64,000 nt of DNA, taken from NCBI GenBank assembly GCA_014905635.1, contig JABVCE010000027.1:248001-312000 (forward strand), written 5' to 3'. Source of the DNA: Scenedesmus sp. PABB004 (taxonomy: Eukaryota). Both the position numbers and the translations under genes were made by a program. The stretch's first letter is position 1, and the number at the start of each line of letters is the position of its first letter. Of this stretch, positions 1 through 12,123 are shown piece after piece. The notes under the pieces were generated by a model, which searched no databases, was not told where the DNA came from, and saw nothing but the letters and a program-made list of their open reading frames with translations.

Positions 1-131
1 CGGCGCGCGCGCCCCTGGGGCGCGGCTGCTGCTGCGCCGCCCCGCCCGCGCCGCCGCTGCCGCCGCCCGCGCCCGCGCGCCGTGCCGCGCACGCCCCGTC
101 ACCGCCGCCCTCTCTGCGCACGCACGCGCAG

Positions 132-708
132 GGAGCACAAGGGCCACCTCACGCGCGCCGACCTGGTCGAGGGCCTGCGCGTCGCGACGCCGTCCGCGTT
201 TGCCGCGCTGCACTCGAGCGGCAGCCTCGAGAGCGAGCTCGACGAGGAGTTTGCCGCGCTGGACGCCAACGGCGACGGCGTGGTCACGCTCGAAGAGTTC
301 CGCGCCGCGCTCTCGCTCGGGCCGGACGGCCTGCCGCAGCTCCTGGGGGGCGCGCCGCCGGCGGCGGCGCCCGCCGCGGCGGCAGCGGCGCGCCGGCGCG
401 CTCGCCGCTCGGGCCGCGCGGCGCGGCGCCGCCGGGCACGGACCAGGCGGGGCCGCCGAGCCGCGGCGCCGCCGCAGTGCACGCGTCGGCGCACTGAACG
501 CTCCCACGCCGAGAGGGCGGCGCGCACGCACGCGCGGCCTGCGGGGGGGGGGGGCGAAAGGGACCAGCGCGCATGCGCTGCGAACGCAACGAGATTTTGG
601 CACCGCAAACCCGCACCGCCACCCTTCGCCGACCTTGTTGCTCGCGAACGCCCACCCCCCTGTGTGCGACCTGCTGCGTGCCATTCACGCACGCCCGAGG
701 GCGCTTGA
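132..708 (+). CDS. EF-hand calcium-binding protein, 3' exon only (gene starts upstream of the window; possibly a CDPK-like C-terminus)
   Basis: Acceptor CAG ends at 131. The exon encodes a canonical EF-hand loop DANGDGVVTLEEF (262-300). The stop is uncertain: 708 in the ORF frame, or 497 if a base is missing near 380. Confidence 0.6.
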
Positions 709-1302
709 TTTCTCCCCCCTGAAAAACGCATTTCCGCCGCACTGCGGCCTGCGCGCGTGCCGAGCGGCGGCGTGCTGTTCGCGCAGCTGGTGACGCACGC
801 CCGGCGCGCGTGCAAAGTGTCCCGTTCGATCGCTCTCGTCGCCAGCTTTGCATCGGCCGGCCGAGCGGCGGCTGGGCGGCGCTTACGGACCGCCCCGCGG
901 CGGCGCCGCTTGGGCTTGGGCCTGCGCGCTGTCGCGCGCTGTCGCGCGGAGGCAGGTCACGGCAGGTCGCCGCCGCGCCTCTCACAGCCCCTCCCGACCC
1001 GCCCCGTCGTAATCAAGCGCACCGTGATCACGACCGCGGCCACAGAGACGCACGCAAGCACCTTCGCGTCTCGCTCGCCTCGCCGACCCGACCCTCCGCC
1101 GCGCGTGTCGTCCCCCAGCGGCCTAGAAGCAGAGCCGGCCTCGCCTGCGTGCGCGCCGAGCCGAAGCGCGCGCCGGGTCGCCAACTCACTCGGCGGAGCA
1201 GCAGCAGCAGCCCCCCCCCGCCGCGCAGAGCGCGCGCGAGGGGCGCCACTCCGTCGCTAGCTGCCTCCCGGAACCTCGCTTGTCGCCCGAGACCGGCGCC
1301 GC

Positions 1303-3877
1303 ATGAAGGCCAGCGGCGGCGGCGACGGACTCGGCCCGCAGCGCTGCTGCGAGCGCCGCCCGCCTCTGCGGTGGGCGCTCGGCGCAGCCGCGCTCGTGGC
1401 GTGCGTGGTGGGCGTGGCAGTGCTCATCGCCTACGCCGTGCGCCAGTCGCGCGCGGCGCCCGCGCTCGCCACCGGCGCCGGCAGCACCGCCGCCACCGCT
1501 GGCGCAGAGGCGGCCAGCCTCGGCGCGAGCCTCGGCGCCGGCCGTGGCGCCGCCAGCGGCGGCCGCTGGGCCGCGCTGCCGCCCCCCGACAGCGCCGCGG
1601 CGGACGCGCTGCTCGCCGACCCGGCGTCGCCCGAGTGGCTGCGGCAGCTCTACACGTACCAGCGGGACGCCCTGGTCATAACGCCCGCGCTGACCGAGGC
1701 CTTCCTGCAGCTGCTCGCCGAGCAGCTGCCCGCCGCGGCGCCCGCCGCGCCCGCAGCGCCCACAGCGGCGCCGGCGCGGCGCCCGCTCGCGGCGCGGCCG
1801 GGCGCGGCGGCGGCGGCGCCGCCGGCCCTCGACCTCGCGCCCTTTGTGCGCGTCGCTGCCGACGTGCTGGCCTACCTCCGCAGCGCGCGCAGCACGGCGC
1901 TGCTGCCGCTGCTGCGCGAGTTTGCCGCGAGCGGCGTGCTCGCCCTCGACGGCACCGACCCGGACGCCCTGCAGCAGGCGCGCGGCGCGCCCGCGCGCCG
2001 CCCCCGCCGCGCGCGGCCGTGGCGCGAGCGCGGCCGGCCGCCCCGGCTCGTCCCTCACGCTCGCCCCTCCTGCCCGCCTGCCCGCGCTCGCGCGCGCAGG
2101 AGGTGCACGCGCTGCTGGACGTGGGCGCGCTGAGCGCCTGGTTTGTCGCTCGGGCCGGCGCGGCGGCGGAGGCCGGCGCCGCCGTCGCCCTGTCGTCCGC
2201 CGCCGCGGGGGGCGGCGGCGCGCGGCGCCTGCGGCGGCTGGCCGGCGCCGCCGTGGCGCGCGAGCTGCGGCAGGGCTCGACCGAGGCGCTCACAGACCAG
2301 CTGCTCGGCCAGATGGGGAGCGCCCCCGACGACGTGGCGCCGTCCGCCGCGGCCGCGGCCGCGCCGCTGCCGCCGGCGGCGACGCGCCCGCGCAGCCCGG
2401 CGCGGCGCCCGCCGCGGCGCCCGGCGCGGCGCCCGGCGCGCCGGACGGCAGCCTCGTTGCCCAGGTGTGCGCGGCGACGCCATTCGCGCCGGGCGGGCTC
2501 GCCGGCGTGCTGCCGTTTGGCGTGGCCTGCCCCGCGGCGGCGGCGGCGCCGCCGCGCTTCTACGACGACGGCGGCGTCGCGTTCACGCCCGTGGTGAGCC
2601 GCCGCCAAGCCGCTCGTGCCGTTGTGCCGCGCCCGCCGCCGCGCCGCGCCCGCCGCCGCGCCGCGCCCGCCGCCGCGCCGCGACCGCCACCGCGCCCGCG
2701 CCCGCCGCTGCACCCGCCGCGCCTCCCCCGCCTCACGCGCCTCCCCCCCCAAATCAATTCCCCGCCCAGGTCATCCCGCTCGTCTTTCACGTCCTTCGCT
2801 TCGTCGTCGACGCGCCGGTGAACCGCTTCCTCGCCACCGACGCGCCGGCGCCGCCGCCGGGGCCGGCGCCGCGCATGGCGCTGCCGCCGCTGTTCAACGC
2901 GTCCGCGCCCGCGCGCCTGGTCGAGGTCGCGAACCGGCTGTTTGGCGGCACGGGCGTGCAGTTTACGCTCGGCGAGGTGCGGGCTGACCCGAGCATTCAT
3001 GCGTACCTGGGCCTTGACTCGCGCGAGGCCTGGCAGGCCTGCACCTACAACGAGCTCGCCGGCCCCGCGGCGGCGGGCCTCGACTGCCTGCGCCGCCTCG
3101 CCGCGTCGCCGGGGGTCGCCGAGACGGTGACGGGCGGCCGCGGCGTGAACGTGATCGTCTCGGGCAGCAAGGAGGTGCGCCGCCGGCGTTGGCTCTGCGT
3201 GCCTCGCGCGCCCGGCCCGGGGCTGGCGCCCGCTCCGCGGCGCCGACGCCTGCGCCAACGCCCGCCCCCGCGCCCGCGCGCCGCCGCAGGACCCGTGCTA
3301 CTGCGGCGCGGGCGCGTGCCGCACGATGACGCGCGGCCTGTGTGGCGCGCGGGGCCCCTGGTTCCTGCGTGACCGGTCGCCGGGGTGGAGCGAGGGCTCG
3401 CCGGCGGACAACTGGGTGCAGATCTCGTGGGACGTGCTCGACCCGGCGGGCCTCAACGCGCCGGCGCGCTGGGACGGCGGCGGCGCGGTGCTCGCGCACG
3501 AGCTCGGCCACTTCCTCGGCGTGCTTCACCCGCACGAGGGCGGCTGCGAGAACGGGCCGACCGTCGGCGACGGCGTCGCCGACACGCCCGGCAGCCTGCC
3601 GCTCTCGGCGTACGAGGCGCGGCTCGGGCCGTCGGCCGTCGCCGACCTCGCCGGCTGGTGCGCCGACCTGCGCACCGGCAGGGCGCCGCCGGCGGCGTCA
3701 CTCTCGCGCTACTCAAGCTGCCCCGGCAACCAGACCGACAGCGTGCTCAACGTGGAGTCGTACACACCCGACGCGTGCGCCATGATGCTCACGCCTGGCC
3801 AGGTGTCGCGCATGCAGTGGGCCATTGCCGCGTTCCGCCCCAAGCTCATGGCCGCGCACGCCGAGCCGGCGGGCTGA
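1303..3877 (+). CDS. Zinc metalloprotease, peptidase M43 (pappalysin/ulilysin-like) with N-terminal membrane anchor
   Basis: Hydrophobic WALGAAALVACVVGVAVLIAYAV segment; VIPLVFHVL; zinc motif HELGHFLGVLH (3497-3529); GDGVADTP; LTPGQVSRM. Introns 1978-2099 (GC-AG), ~2594-2769 and 3175-3289. Apparent -1 frameshift near 2370. Confidence 0.8.
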
Positions 3878-4219
3878 GCGGCGGGGCCGGGGCCGCGGCC
3901 GCGGCGGCGCGCGCGCCGCGGAGCGCTGGGGGCACAGGGGCGAGTGGGGGGCTGAGCTGCGCGCGCCGCATCCATCCATCCAGCTGACGTGATCACGCTC
4001 AGCATGGCACTGACCCTTCACTGCATTGCCTCCGCTAGAACGGCCCGCTTGAACGCAGCGCGCACTGCAGCTGCCGGCGCTCGCACATCGGGCTCCCCCC
4101 TTCACTGCCGTCCGGTTTTGCGAGAGAAGCTAAAAACTGCTGTTGAACCCTTGGCGCGGGCTGCGAGAACGAAACGCAATTGCACATCACCGTCGTCGCT
4201 GGCGATGGCAGGGTAACAA

Positions 4220-4224
4220 TTACA
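4220..4224 (-). promoter_or_regulatory. TGTAA polyadenylation signal of the CHD-like gene
   Basis: TTACA on +, about 30 nt past the TGA at 4253. TGTAA is the established chlorophyte poly(A) signal. Confidence 0.55.
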
Positions 4225-4252
4225 ACTGCCCGCCGGCGCGCGCCGCCGCCGC

Positions 4253-4749
4253 TCAGGGCGGCGCCGCGGGCGGCTGCTGCCGCCGCTGCTGCCCGGCCGC
4301 CGCCGCGAGCTGCGCCAGCAGAGCCTGCTGCTGCTGCAGCGTGAGGCCGCCCTGCTCCTGCCGCGCGCCGCTCGCCTGCCCCGCCTGGCCCGCCGCCGGC
4401 CGCGCGGCGACCGCCGCTTGCGCGGTAGCCGCGGCTGCAGCGGCCGCCGCCTCGCGCTGGCGTTGCCTCTCTCGCATCAGCAGCTGCTGCAGCTGCGCGG
4501 CCGAGCCCCCGCTGGCCGCCGGCGCCGGCGGCAGGGCTGCCGGCGCCGGCGGCTGGGCTGCCGGCGCCGGCGCCGCGCCGTCGGTGCGCTGCCGCTTCGC
4601 CGCGGCCTGCAGCTTGGCCTGCTGCTGCTGCACCAGCGCCAGCAGCGCGTGCTGGCTGGACAGCGGCTGCGCCGGCGGCTGCTCCTGCGTTTGTGGGGCC
4701 GGCGTGGCGCCGGCGCCGGCGCTCCCCGTCGGAGCTGCGGCTGGAAACG

Positions 4750-4800
<51 letters not shown>

Positions 4801-7800
4801 CCCCGGCCGCCACAGCCGCCTGCTGCCGCTGCGCCTCCACCGCCGCGCGCGCGCGCGCGGCCGCCTGCACCGCCGCCTCGCTGGGCCCTGCCGGCAGGCC
4901 CTGCTGCGCGGCGGCGGGCACGGCGCCGCTGGCCTGCCCGCCCGCGCCCGCCGCGGGCCGCCCGAGCATCACCTGCACCGCGCGGTGCAGCAGCTGCTGC
5001 GCCCGGCGCAGCGCGGCGGCCATGTTTGACGGCGCGGCCGACTGCTCGCGGTCAAAGCCGGCGCAGCGCTCCGCGCCGGGCAGCTCCTGCGGGTGCGCGC
5101 GGCGCGGGCGGCGCGGGGCGCGGGCCGCTCGGCCCGCCGCTCGCCGCCGCGCCGGCGGCGCGCGCTGGCCTTTGTGCTGCACGGCCGCGCCGGGCGGCTC
5201 AAACCAGCCCACCTGGATCAGCATGCACACCAGCGGGTGAGACAGCCCAAACAGGGCGAGCGCGTCGGCCGGCGGCGCGGCGGCCGCGCCGCGCAGCGCC
5301 GCGACCTGCGCAGCGGCGTCGGCGGGCGAGCGCGCAGCGTCAGCGCGCGGCGCCCGCGCCGCTGCCGCCGCCGCGGTCACTGCTGCTGCGGCCGCCGCCG
5401 CCGCCGCACGACAGCCCCCGCCGCCAGGCCGGCCCACCTGGCCCTGGATCTGCTGCCACAGCGCCTCGGGGCTGGCTGCGACCCACTGCTGCCCCGGGAA
5501 GTCGCTCGCGACGGCGACGAACGCCGGCCCCGCCGCGCCGGCGTCGGCGACCGCGCAAGTGTACGCCGCGTCGGCGCCCGGCGACGCGGCGCTCGCGTAG
5601 CGCGCGGCGACGGTGAGGCCGATCGGGTAGATGCGGCTGGCCGTGTGGAAGCCCGGCCGCGCCGGCTCGACCCTGCGCAGCGCGCGGCGCGGCGGGGTGG
5701 GCGCGGCGGCGCGGCAGGGTGGGCGCGGCGGCGCGGCGGGGTGGGCGCTGTGCGCGGCAGGGGGCTCGCGCGAAAGCGCTGCAGCACCCCGCGCCTTCCG
5801 AGCGCCAGCAGCGTGACGTCCTGCGACAGCGTGAGCGGCAGCGCCGGCCGCCCCCCGCCGTCGCGCTGCACGATCGGCAGGCACTCCAGCACTGCGACCT
5901 GCTCCGGCGACAGCGGCGGCGCGACCCCGGCGCCGATGGCGGCCGCCGCGGCGCCGCCAATGCGCAGCTGCGCGGCCGCCGCCGCCGCCTGCAGCTCCGC
6001 CGCGTCCGGCAGCCCCGCGGCGCCCGCGCTGCGCTTGGCCGCCGCGCGCGCGGACTTGCGCTGCGCCTGCACGGCCTGCGCCTGCACGGCCTGCGCAGCC
6101 TGCGCGGCCTGCGCGGCCTGCGCGGCCTGCGTCGGCTGCAGCAGGATGAGCTGCGGGCCCTGCGCCGGCATCATGCCCATGGCCATCAGCTGCTGCAGCT
6201 GCTGCAGCTGCCCCGGCTGAAGCACCACCACGCCCTGCGGCACCGCGGCGGCGCCACCGCGCCCGCCGGCGCGCCCGCCGCCGCGCCCGCCGCCGCCGCG
6301 GCCGCCGCCGCGGCCGCCGCCGCGCGGCTTGCCGCCGGCCGCGCCGCCCGGCGCCGCGCCGCCCGGCGCCGCGCCGCCCGGCGCCGCGCCGCCCGGCGGC
6401 GCGCTCAGCGCCTTGCGTGCCGCGGCGGCCAGGGCCTTGCAGCGCTTGCCAATGAGCTTCAGCTCGGGCGCCCAGTCTGGCAGCAGGCCCGCCTCGGCCG
6501 ACGCGCTCGGCTTGCGCGCCTTGGGCGCCGGCGCGGCCGCGGCGACGGCGGGGTCGGTCGCCGCGGCCTTGAGCGGCAGCGCCTCGTCCTGCGCGGCGCG
6601 GCGGCGGCGGGCGCCAGGCGGGGCGGCAGGTGAGCGCGCGCGCGGCGCAGGGCAGTGGGCGCGCGGCGGTGCACGACGCGCGCGCGGGCGGCGAACGGCG
6701 AGCAGCGGCGCCGCCCCTCCCTCAACCGACACACACCTCAAAGATGGCGCTCCAGCTGCCGAAGCCGTGCTTGAGCACGCCGGCCACGAGGCCTTCGTCC
6801 TGCGCCACGCCCCACCAGGCCGGCAGGTCGCGCGGCCGCGGCGCCGAGCGCAGCGCGTCGCCGAGCGACCCGCCGGTCGCCGACGCGCGCGCCGCCGCCG
6901 CCCGCAGCGTGGTGATGAGCTCGATGCGCTCCGCCAGGCGCGACGCCGTGCCCGCGGTCAGCACCTGCGGCGACGCGGCGGCGGCGGCGGTCGCGGTCGG
7001 GCCGCTGCGGACGGCGGGCAGGGTGCGGCGCCGGGCCGCGGCGGGTGGCGTGCGGCCAAGGGCGCACCGTGCCCTTGGGCGTGGGGACGGCCGCCGCCTC
7101 GCCGCCGCCGCTCGCGGCGCCGTCGGCCGGCGCGGCCTCGCCGGCCTCCCCGGCGGCGGGCGCGCCCCCGCCGCTCGTGGCGGGCGCGGGGCGGCGGCGG
7201 CGGCGGCCGCGGCCGCCGCCGCATCGCCGGGGCCCGGCATCGCCGTCGCGACGGCCGCCGCCGCGGCCTTGCGCTCCTCGGCGCGCTTGCGGCTGATGCA
7301 GACGACGCAGTCGCAGCTCGGGTTGTGCACGTTGCGCGGCTTCGGCGCGAGGCCGGCCGCCGCCGCGGCGCTTGCGGCAGCGGCAAACTGGGACATCTCG
7401 TCCAGCAGCTCCTTGAGCGTGGCGGTGAGCTCGGGCCTGCTCAGGCGCGAGAGGTGCTGCCCCTGGAGGCCCTCCGCGCCGGGCCAGGCGTCCCAGTCCA
7501 GCTCGGCGGCCGCGGCGGCCGCGGCGGCGGCGTCCGAGCCCGCCGCGGCGAGCGCCGCGGCGTCCAGGCCGAGCGGCGCGGGAGGGCCCCAGGCGTTGAC
7601 CAGGGACAGGAGCTCGTTGCGCGCGCGCTTGGTGACCTTGCCGGTGCCGGCCTGCGGGGCAGGCAGGCGGCCACGCGGCGGCGGCGGCGGCCGGCGCGGC
7701 GGGGCGGGGCGCGCGTGTGGGAGGCCGCCGCGCGGCGGCGCGGGGCCGGGCGGCCGACAGCTGCGAGAGCTGAGCGCCGCGCCCACGCGCCCGCCGATCC

Positions 7801-7934
7801 GACCGCTCCTCCGCCCTCGCCGCACCTCGTCGTCCATGCCCAGGGCCACGTGGTCGGCGTAGCGCCAGCTCGGCTTGTGCGCGCGCCGGCGCCCGCCGCC
7901 GCCGTCGGCGTCGCCGCCCGCGTCGCCGCCCGCG

Positions 7935-7967
<33 letters not shown>

Positions 7968-10900
7968 GCGTCGCCGATGAACTGCGCGGCCTCCTCCAGG
8001 ATGCGGGAGACCTCGCCGCCCCAGCCGCGGCCGCCGCCGCGGCCGCGGCCGCGCCCGCGCCCGCGGCCGCCGGCGCCCCAGCGCGGCAGCGTCGCCGGTG
8101 CCGCGCGGCCGCCGCCGGCCTCCCACCAGCCGCCGCCGCCGCCGTCGTCCTCGTCGTCGCCCTCCTCGCTGCCGCCGTCGCCGGGCCCTGCGTCCAGGTC
8201 GGCCAGGGCCAGCTCCTCGTCGTCTGAGAGGGCGCCCAGGTCGGTGATCAGGCCGTCCAGCGCGTCGTCGCCGCCCTCGCCCAGCGCCAGGCGCGGCGTG
8301 CCGGGCGCGCTGCCGCCGAGCGCGGCCGCGGCCGCGGCGGCCGCGTCCGCCGCGCAGCCCAGCACGCCGGCGCCGGGCTCGCCGGCCACGCCGAGCGTCC
8401 GCGCCGCGGCGGCGGCGCGCGCGGCGGAGGCCGCGTCGGGCGCGCCGGCGGCGGCGGCGCCGCCCGGGCCGCCGCCCTCCTGCGGCATCAGCAGGCCAAG
8501 CGCGTCCGCGAGCGCCACCGCCTGGCCCAGGAACTCACAGAGCCGCCGCACGCGCCGGCTCAGCGCGTCGGCGGGCGGCCACGCGCGGTCGCACGCGTCC
8601 GCGCAGCTCCCGGCGGCCGGCCGCTCGGCGCCGCCGTCCGGCGACGCGCGCCGGCTGCCGCCGTCGCCGTCAGACGCCGCCGAGCTGTCCCCCTGCCTGC
8701 TCGGCGCCGCAGGTGAGCCCGGCGCGTCGCCGCCGGCGGCGGGGCCCGGCGAGCCCGCGGCCGAGCCTGGCTCCGAGCGCACCGCCGCCTTGGCCACGTC
8801 CGGCGGCTTGGACTCAGGCGCGGGGTGGTAGCCCTGCGAGCGGGGAGCGCAGCAGCGACACGGCGGGGTGAGAGCGGTGCAGCGCCGCTGTGCCCCGCGC
8901 TGACGCTCCACGCCCGCTCTTCAACGCGGCGCGGCGCCGGCCGAGGGCGTCGAGAGACGCCCTACAAACTCAACCAGATCGCGAGCGCGACCGGCGCGGG
9001 TGCCATGCGGGCTGCAGCGAGGCTGTCCATCAGCAGGACATCTGCGGCCTGGTGCCTCGCGCCCGCGGTCCGCGCGCCCCTGATCAGCGGCGCTCCAGTG
9101 CTCCAACAGGCTCAGCAGTTGGCGCAGCAGCCGGACGCGTCGTGCGGCGTCGCACAGCGACCGCGCGGCGCAGCAGCAGCGCGCTGTGTCCGCGCGATGG
9201 CGGCGAGCGCGGCGGGGCCGGCGGCTGCTGGTGCGGCGGGCCGTGCACGCAGGACCTTCCCCGGCGTCCTGCCCCCGCCTGACGCGCTCCGCGCCGCCGC
9301 AGGTGCCGCGCCGGCGCCCGCGCCGCCCGCGCGGCTGGTGCTCGTGGTGGCCGTCGCGCTGCTCGACGCGCGCGGGCGCGTCCTGCTCGCGCAGCGCCCC
9401 GCCGGCAAGGCCATGGCGGGGCTGTGGGAGTTCCCCGGCGGCAAGGTGCGGGGCGGGCGCGGGCACGCGCGGCGCGAGCAACCCGCGAGTCCCCCGCGCG
9501 CGCAGCGGCGCGACCCCGCCGCCACGGGTGCCTGCCGCCGCCAGGTCGACCCGGGCGAGACCCCTGAGGCAGCGCTCGTGCGGGAGCTGGCAGAGGAGCT
9601 GAGCATAGAGGTCCGGCGCCTGCTGGGCTGGCGGCGTGGGCCGGGAGCGAGGGCTGCGGCGGCCAGGGCCGCCGCAGCGCGAGCGCCTGCTGCGCCGCCC
9701 GCCTGCTGCGGCACGCGCAGGTCGAGCCGCGCGACCTGCAGCCGCTCACGTTTGCGTCGCACAGCTACGATTCGTTCCACCTGCTGATGCCGCTGTATGG
9801 TGCGCGCCCTGCTGCCGCGCCCTGCTGCGCCGCGCCGCCCTGCCCGGCCGACGCGCCGCTGCCCCCCCCCCGCCCCCAGTCTGCCGGCGCTGGCGCGGCG
9901 AGCCGCACGGCGCCGAGGGCCAGGCGCTGGCGTGGGCGAGCGGCCGGGGCCTGGGCGACTTCGCGATGCCCGCAGCAGACCTGCCGCTGCTAGCGCCGGT
10001 CGTGGCGGCCATGGCGGCGAGCGGCGCCGGCGTGTGACCGTGACCCTCGGCAGCGTTACCGCCGACGCCGGCCGCGGGCGGCGCGCGCCACAGATGGCGG
10101 GGCGCGCCGCCGTCCGGCTGCTGCTGCTGCCTCTGCCCGCGCCGCTGCCGCTGCAGCGGCGGGCCGGCGGCCAGGGCCTGCTACTGTTGCTCCCGCGCCG
10201 CCGCGCGCCAGAGCAGCTCGCCCAGCGACGCGGTGTGCCGGCTCCCCAGCAGCGCCCGGAGCGGCGTCGCGCTCGGCGGCGGCGGCTGCAGCGCGGCGCG
10301 CAGCTCGTGGCAGGAGGCGCAGCCCCGCGGCGCGACGCCCTCGGCCGCCGCCGTACCGAACAGCTGGCGCTGCTTGTGCTGCGGGTGGCGCCCGGGGCGG
10401 GCCGGGGTGCAGCGGCAGCAGCAGCAGATCGGTCAGCCCGGGGGCCCCAGCGCGCGGTGGCGCCTGCCCGAGCGCTGCGCCGCCCGGGGTCGCACTTTGG
10501 GGTTCTTCTTGCAGTACACGAACAGCTTTCCCCGCCGCCTCGCGACGTAGCAGAACTCGCAGATGCGCTTCACGGCCGCGCGGACCTTCATCGCCTCCCC
10601 GCCGGCGCCCCCGGGGCGGCGGGCTAGGGCCAGGCGGGTGCGTCGGCCGGGCAAGCGCTGGCGCTGCTGAGGCTGCCCGGCGGCGCGCGGCGGTGGCGGC
10701 AGCGGCCGGCGGCAGCGATCGCGGGCTGTGCGTGTGTCGCGTGCAGCGAGAGGGGAGAGCGCTGATGGCGGCGGCGGGCGTGCGCCGTGCATGTGTGCGC
10801 GGCGCAACACAAACGAACGGCACACGCCGCGCTGAGCCCGAATGAACCGCGCGTGCCCTGAACCCAGCGCGCTGAACCCACCTGCAGCCCCACGTCGAGG

Positions 10901-12123
10901 CTCGCGTCGCGGCGCACGGCGTCGTAGTTTGCGAAGCCGTGGCGGTGCAGGCCCACCAGCAGCGCGACGTCCGCCTCGACGTCCCACCACGGCGCGGGCG
11001 CCGACTCGGGCGGCAGCGTCGCCACGAGCGCGCGCAGGATGCCGCCCACCGCCTCACTCGCCAGCAGCGCGGGCATGGCCGCCTGGAAGTCCGACACCGC
11101 CGCGAGCCGCCGCACGATGCCCTTGGCGGCGCCCTCGAGCTGCGCGGCGCGGCGCGGCTCGGCGCGGCGGCAGGGTCGGCGAGGGCCGGGCGCGCGCGCC
11201 CCGCCGCGCCGCGCCAGCCGCCGGGGCGTCGTGCTCTCACGTTGGCGTAGGGCGCGCCCGGCGTGGACACGAGCCCCCGCTCGGCGATGGGCGCCATGAG
11301 CCGCGCCAGCAGCGCGCGGTCGGCGCGCCCCGGCAGCAGGCCCTGCAGCTCGCCCAGCAGGTGCCACGCCGCGTCCTCGACGTCGCCCGGGCCGTGCGCA
11401 AAGCCGCGCAGCGAGCCCGACAGCGCGGCGTGGATCTGAGGTGCGGCGGCGGTGGCGGCGGCGGCAGCAGCGTGGGGCGTCACCGCGGCACGCAGTCGCT
11501 GCCGCCGCCGCCGCTGCCAGCCGCCGCCGCGCCGCACCTCCTTCCAGCGCCCCACGCCCCACGCGATGAGCTGGCGCTTCAGCGCGTCGCGCTCGGCCGC
11601 CCGCCACGGCAGCCGGCGGCGCTGCGCGGCGTGGCGCGCGGGCGGGCGCGGCGCGGCGCGGTGCGCGCGCGCGTACGGGGCCGCTCCGCCGCCGACGGCG
11701 GCGCTGCCGCGCCGGCGCGGCTGCCGCTGGCGCCGCGCGCACCACGTGGTGGCCGACCTTCGGCTTGGCCAGCTGCAGCCCCGCCACGCCCGCGACGACG
11801 CCCGCCGCCTCGAGCTCGTTGCGCCAGCGGTACTGGCCGCGGTGCACGTCCTTGAACAGCTGCTTGGCCTCGTCTCTGCGCGCGCCGCGCGGCGCAACTG
11901 ACGACTGCGGTCGCTGCTGCCCGGCGGGCCGCCGCCGCCCGGCGGGCCGCCGCGCACCTGTACACGCCCACGAGGCGGTTGATGCGCATCTGCCGCTCCG
12001 AGTCCCGCCCGCCCTTGCCGCCCTGCACGGCGGGCGCGCACTTCCCGTGGCGCGCTGCAGCAGCGGCCGCCGCCGCCGCCGCTGCTCGCGGCGCGGCCGC
12101 ACCTGCTGCACGTCCTGATCCAT
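4253..12123 (-). CDS. CHD6-9/Kismet-like C-terminal-region protein: two SANT/SLIDE-type units plus FYRN/FYRC domain and polyQ tail; no chromodomain or ATPase
   Basis: Motifs in the same order as the CHD7 C-terminus: LPWRAAERDALKRQLIAWGVGRWKE, PWWDVEADVALLVGLHRHGFANYDAVRRD, WPPADALSRRVRRL, TASRLAERIELITTLR, LPAWWGVAQDEGLVAGVLKHGFGSWSAIFE. FYR motifs: GFHTASRIYPIG...YTCAV...SPEALW...LFGLSHPLVCMLIQELPGAERC. A phase-0 intron at 8834-10881 joins the two halves. The start ATG at 12123 is tentative; probable frameshift near 7190. Confidence 0.7.
4751..4798 (-). repeat. (CAG)16 polyglutamine repeat in the CHD-like gene
   Basis: 16 perfect CTG units on +. Confidence 0.95.
9005..10037 (+). CDS. mutT: Nudix hydrolase, MutT/8-oxo-dGTP diphosphatase-like, probable organellar transit peptide
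   Basis: VLLAQRPAGKAMAGLWEFPGGK|VDPGETPEAALVRELAEEL (Nudix box), then PLTFASHSYDSFHLLMPLY|VCRRWRGEPHGAEGQALAW. Introns 9446-9544, 9611-9720 and 9800-9879. Confidence 0.9.
10181..10591 (-). CDS. MRPL36: Ribosomal protein bL36 (mitochondrial type, with C-terminal extension)
   Basis: MKVRAAVKRICEFCYVARRRGKLFVYCKKNPK|HKQRQ zinc-ribbon signature; GT-AG intron 10379-10495; TAG at 10181-10183. Confidence 0.9.
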
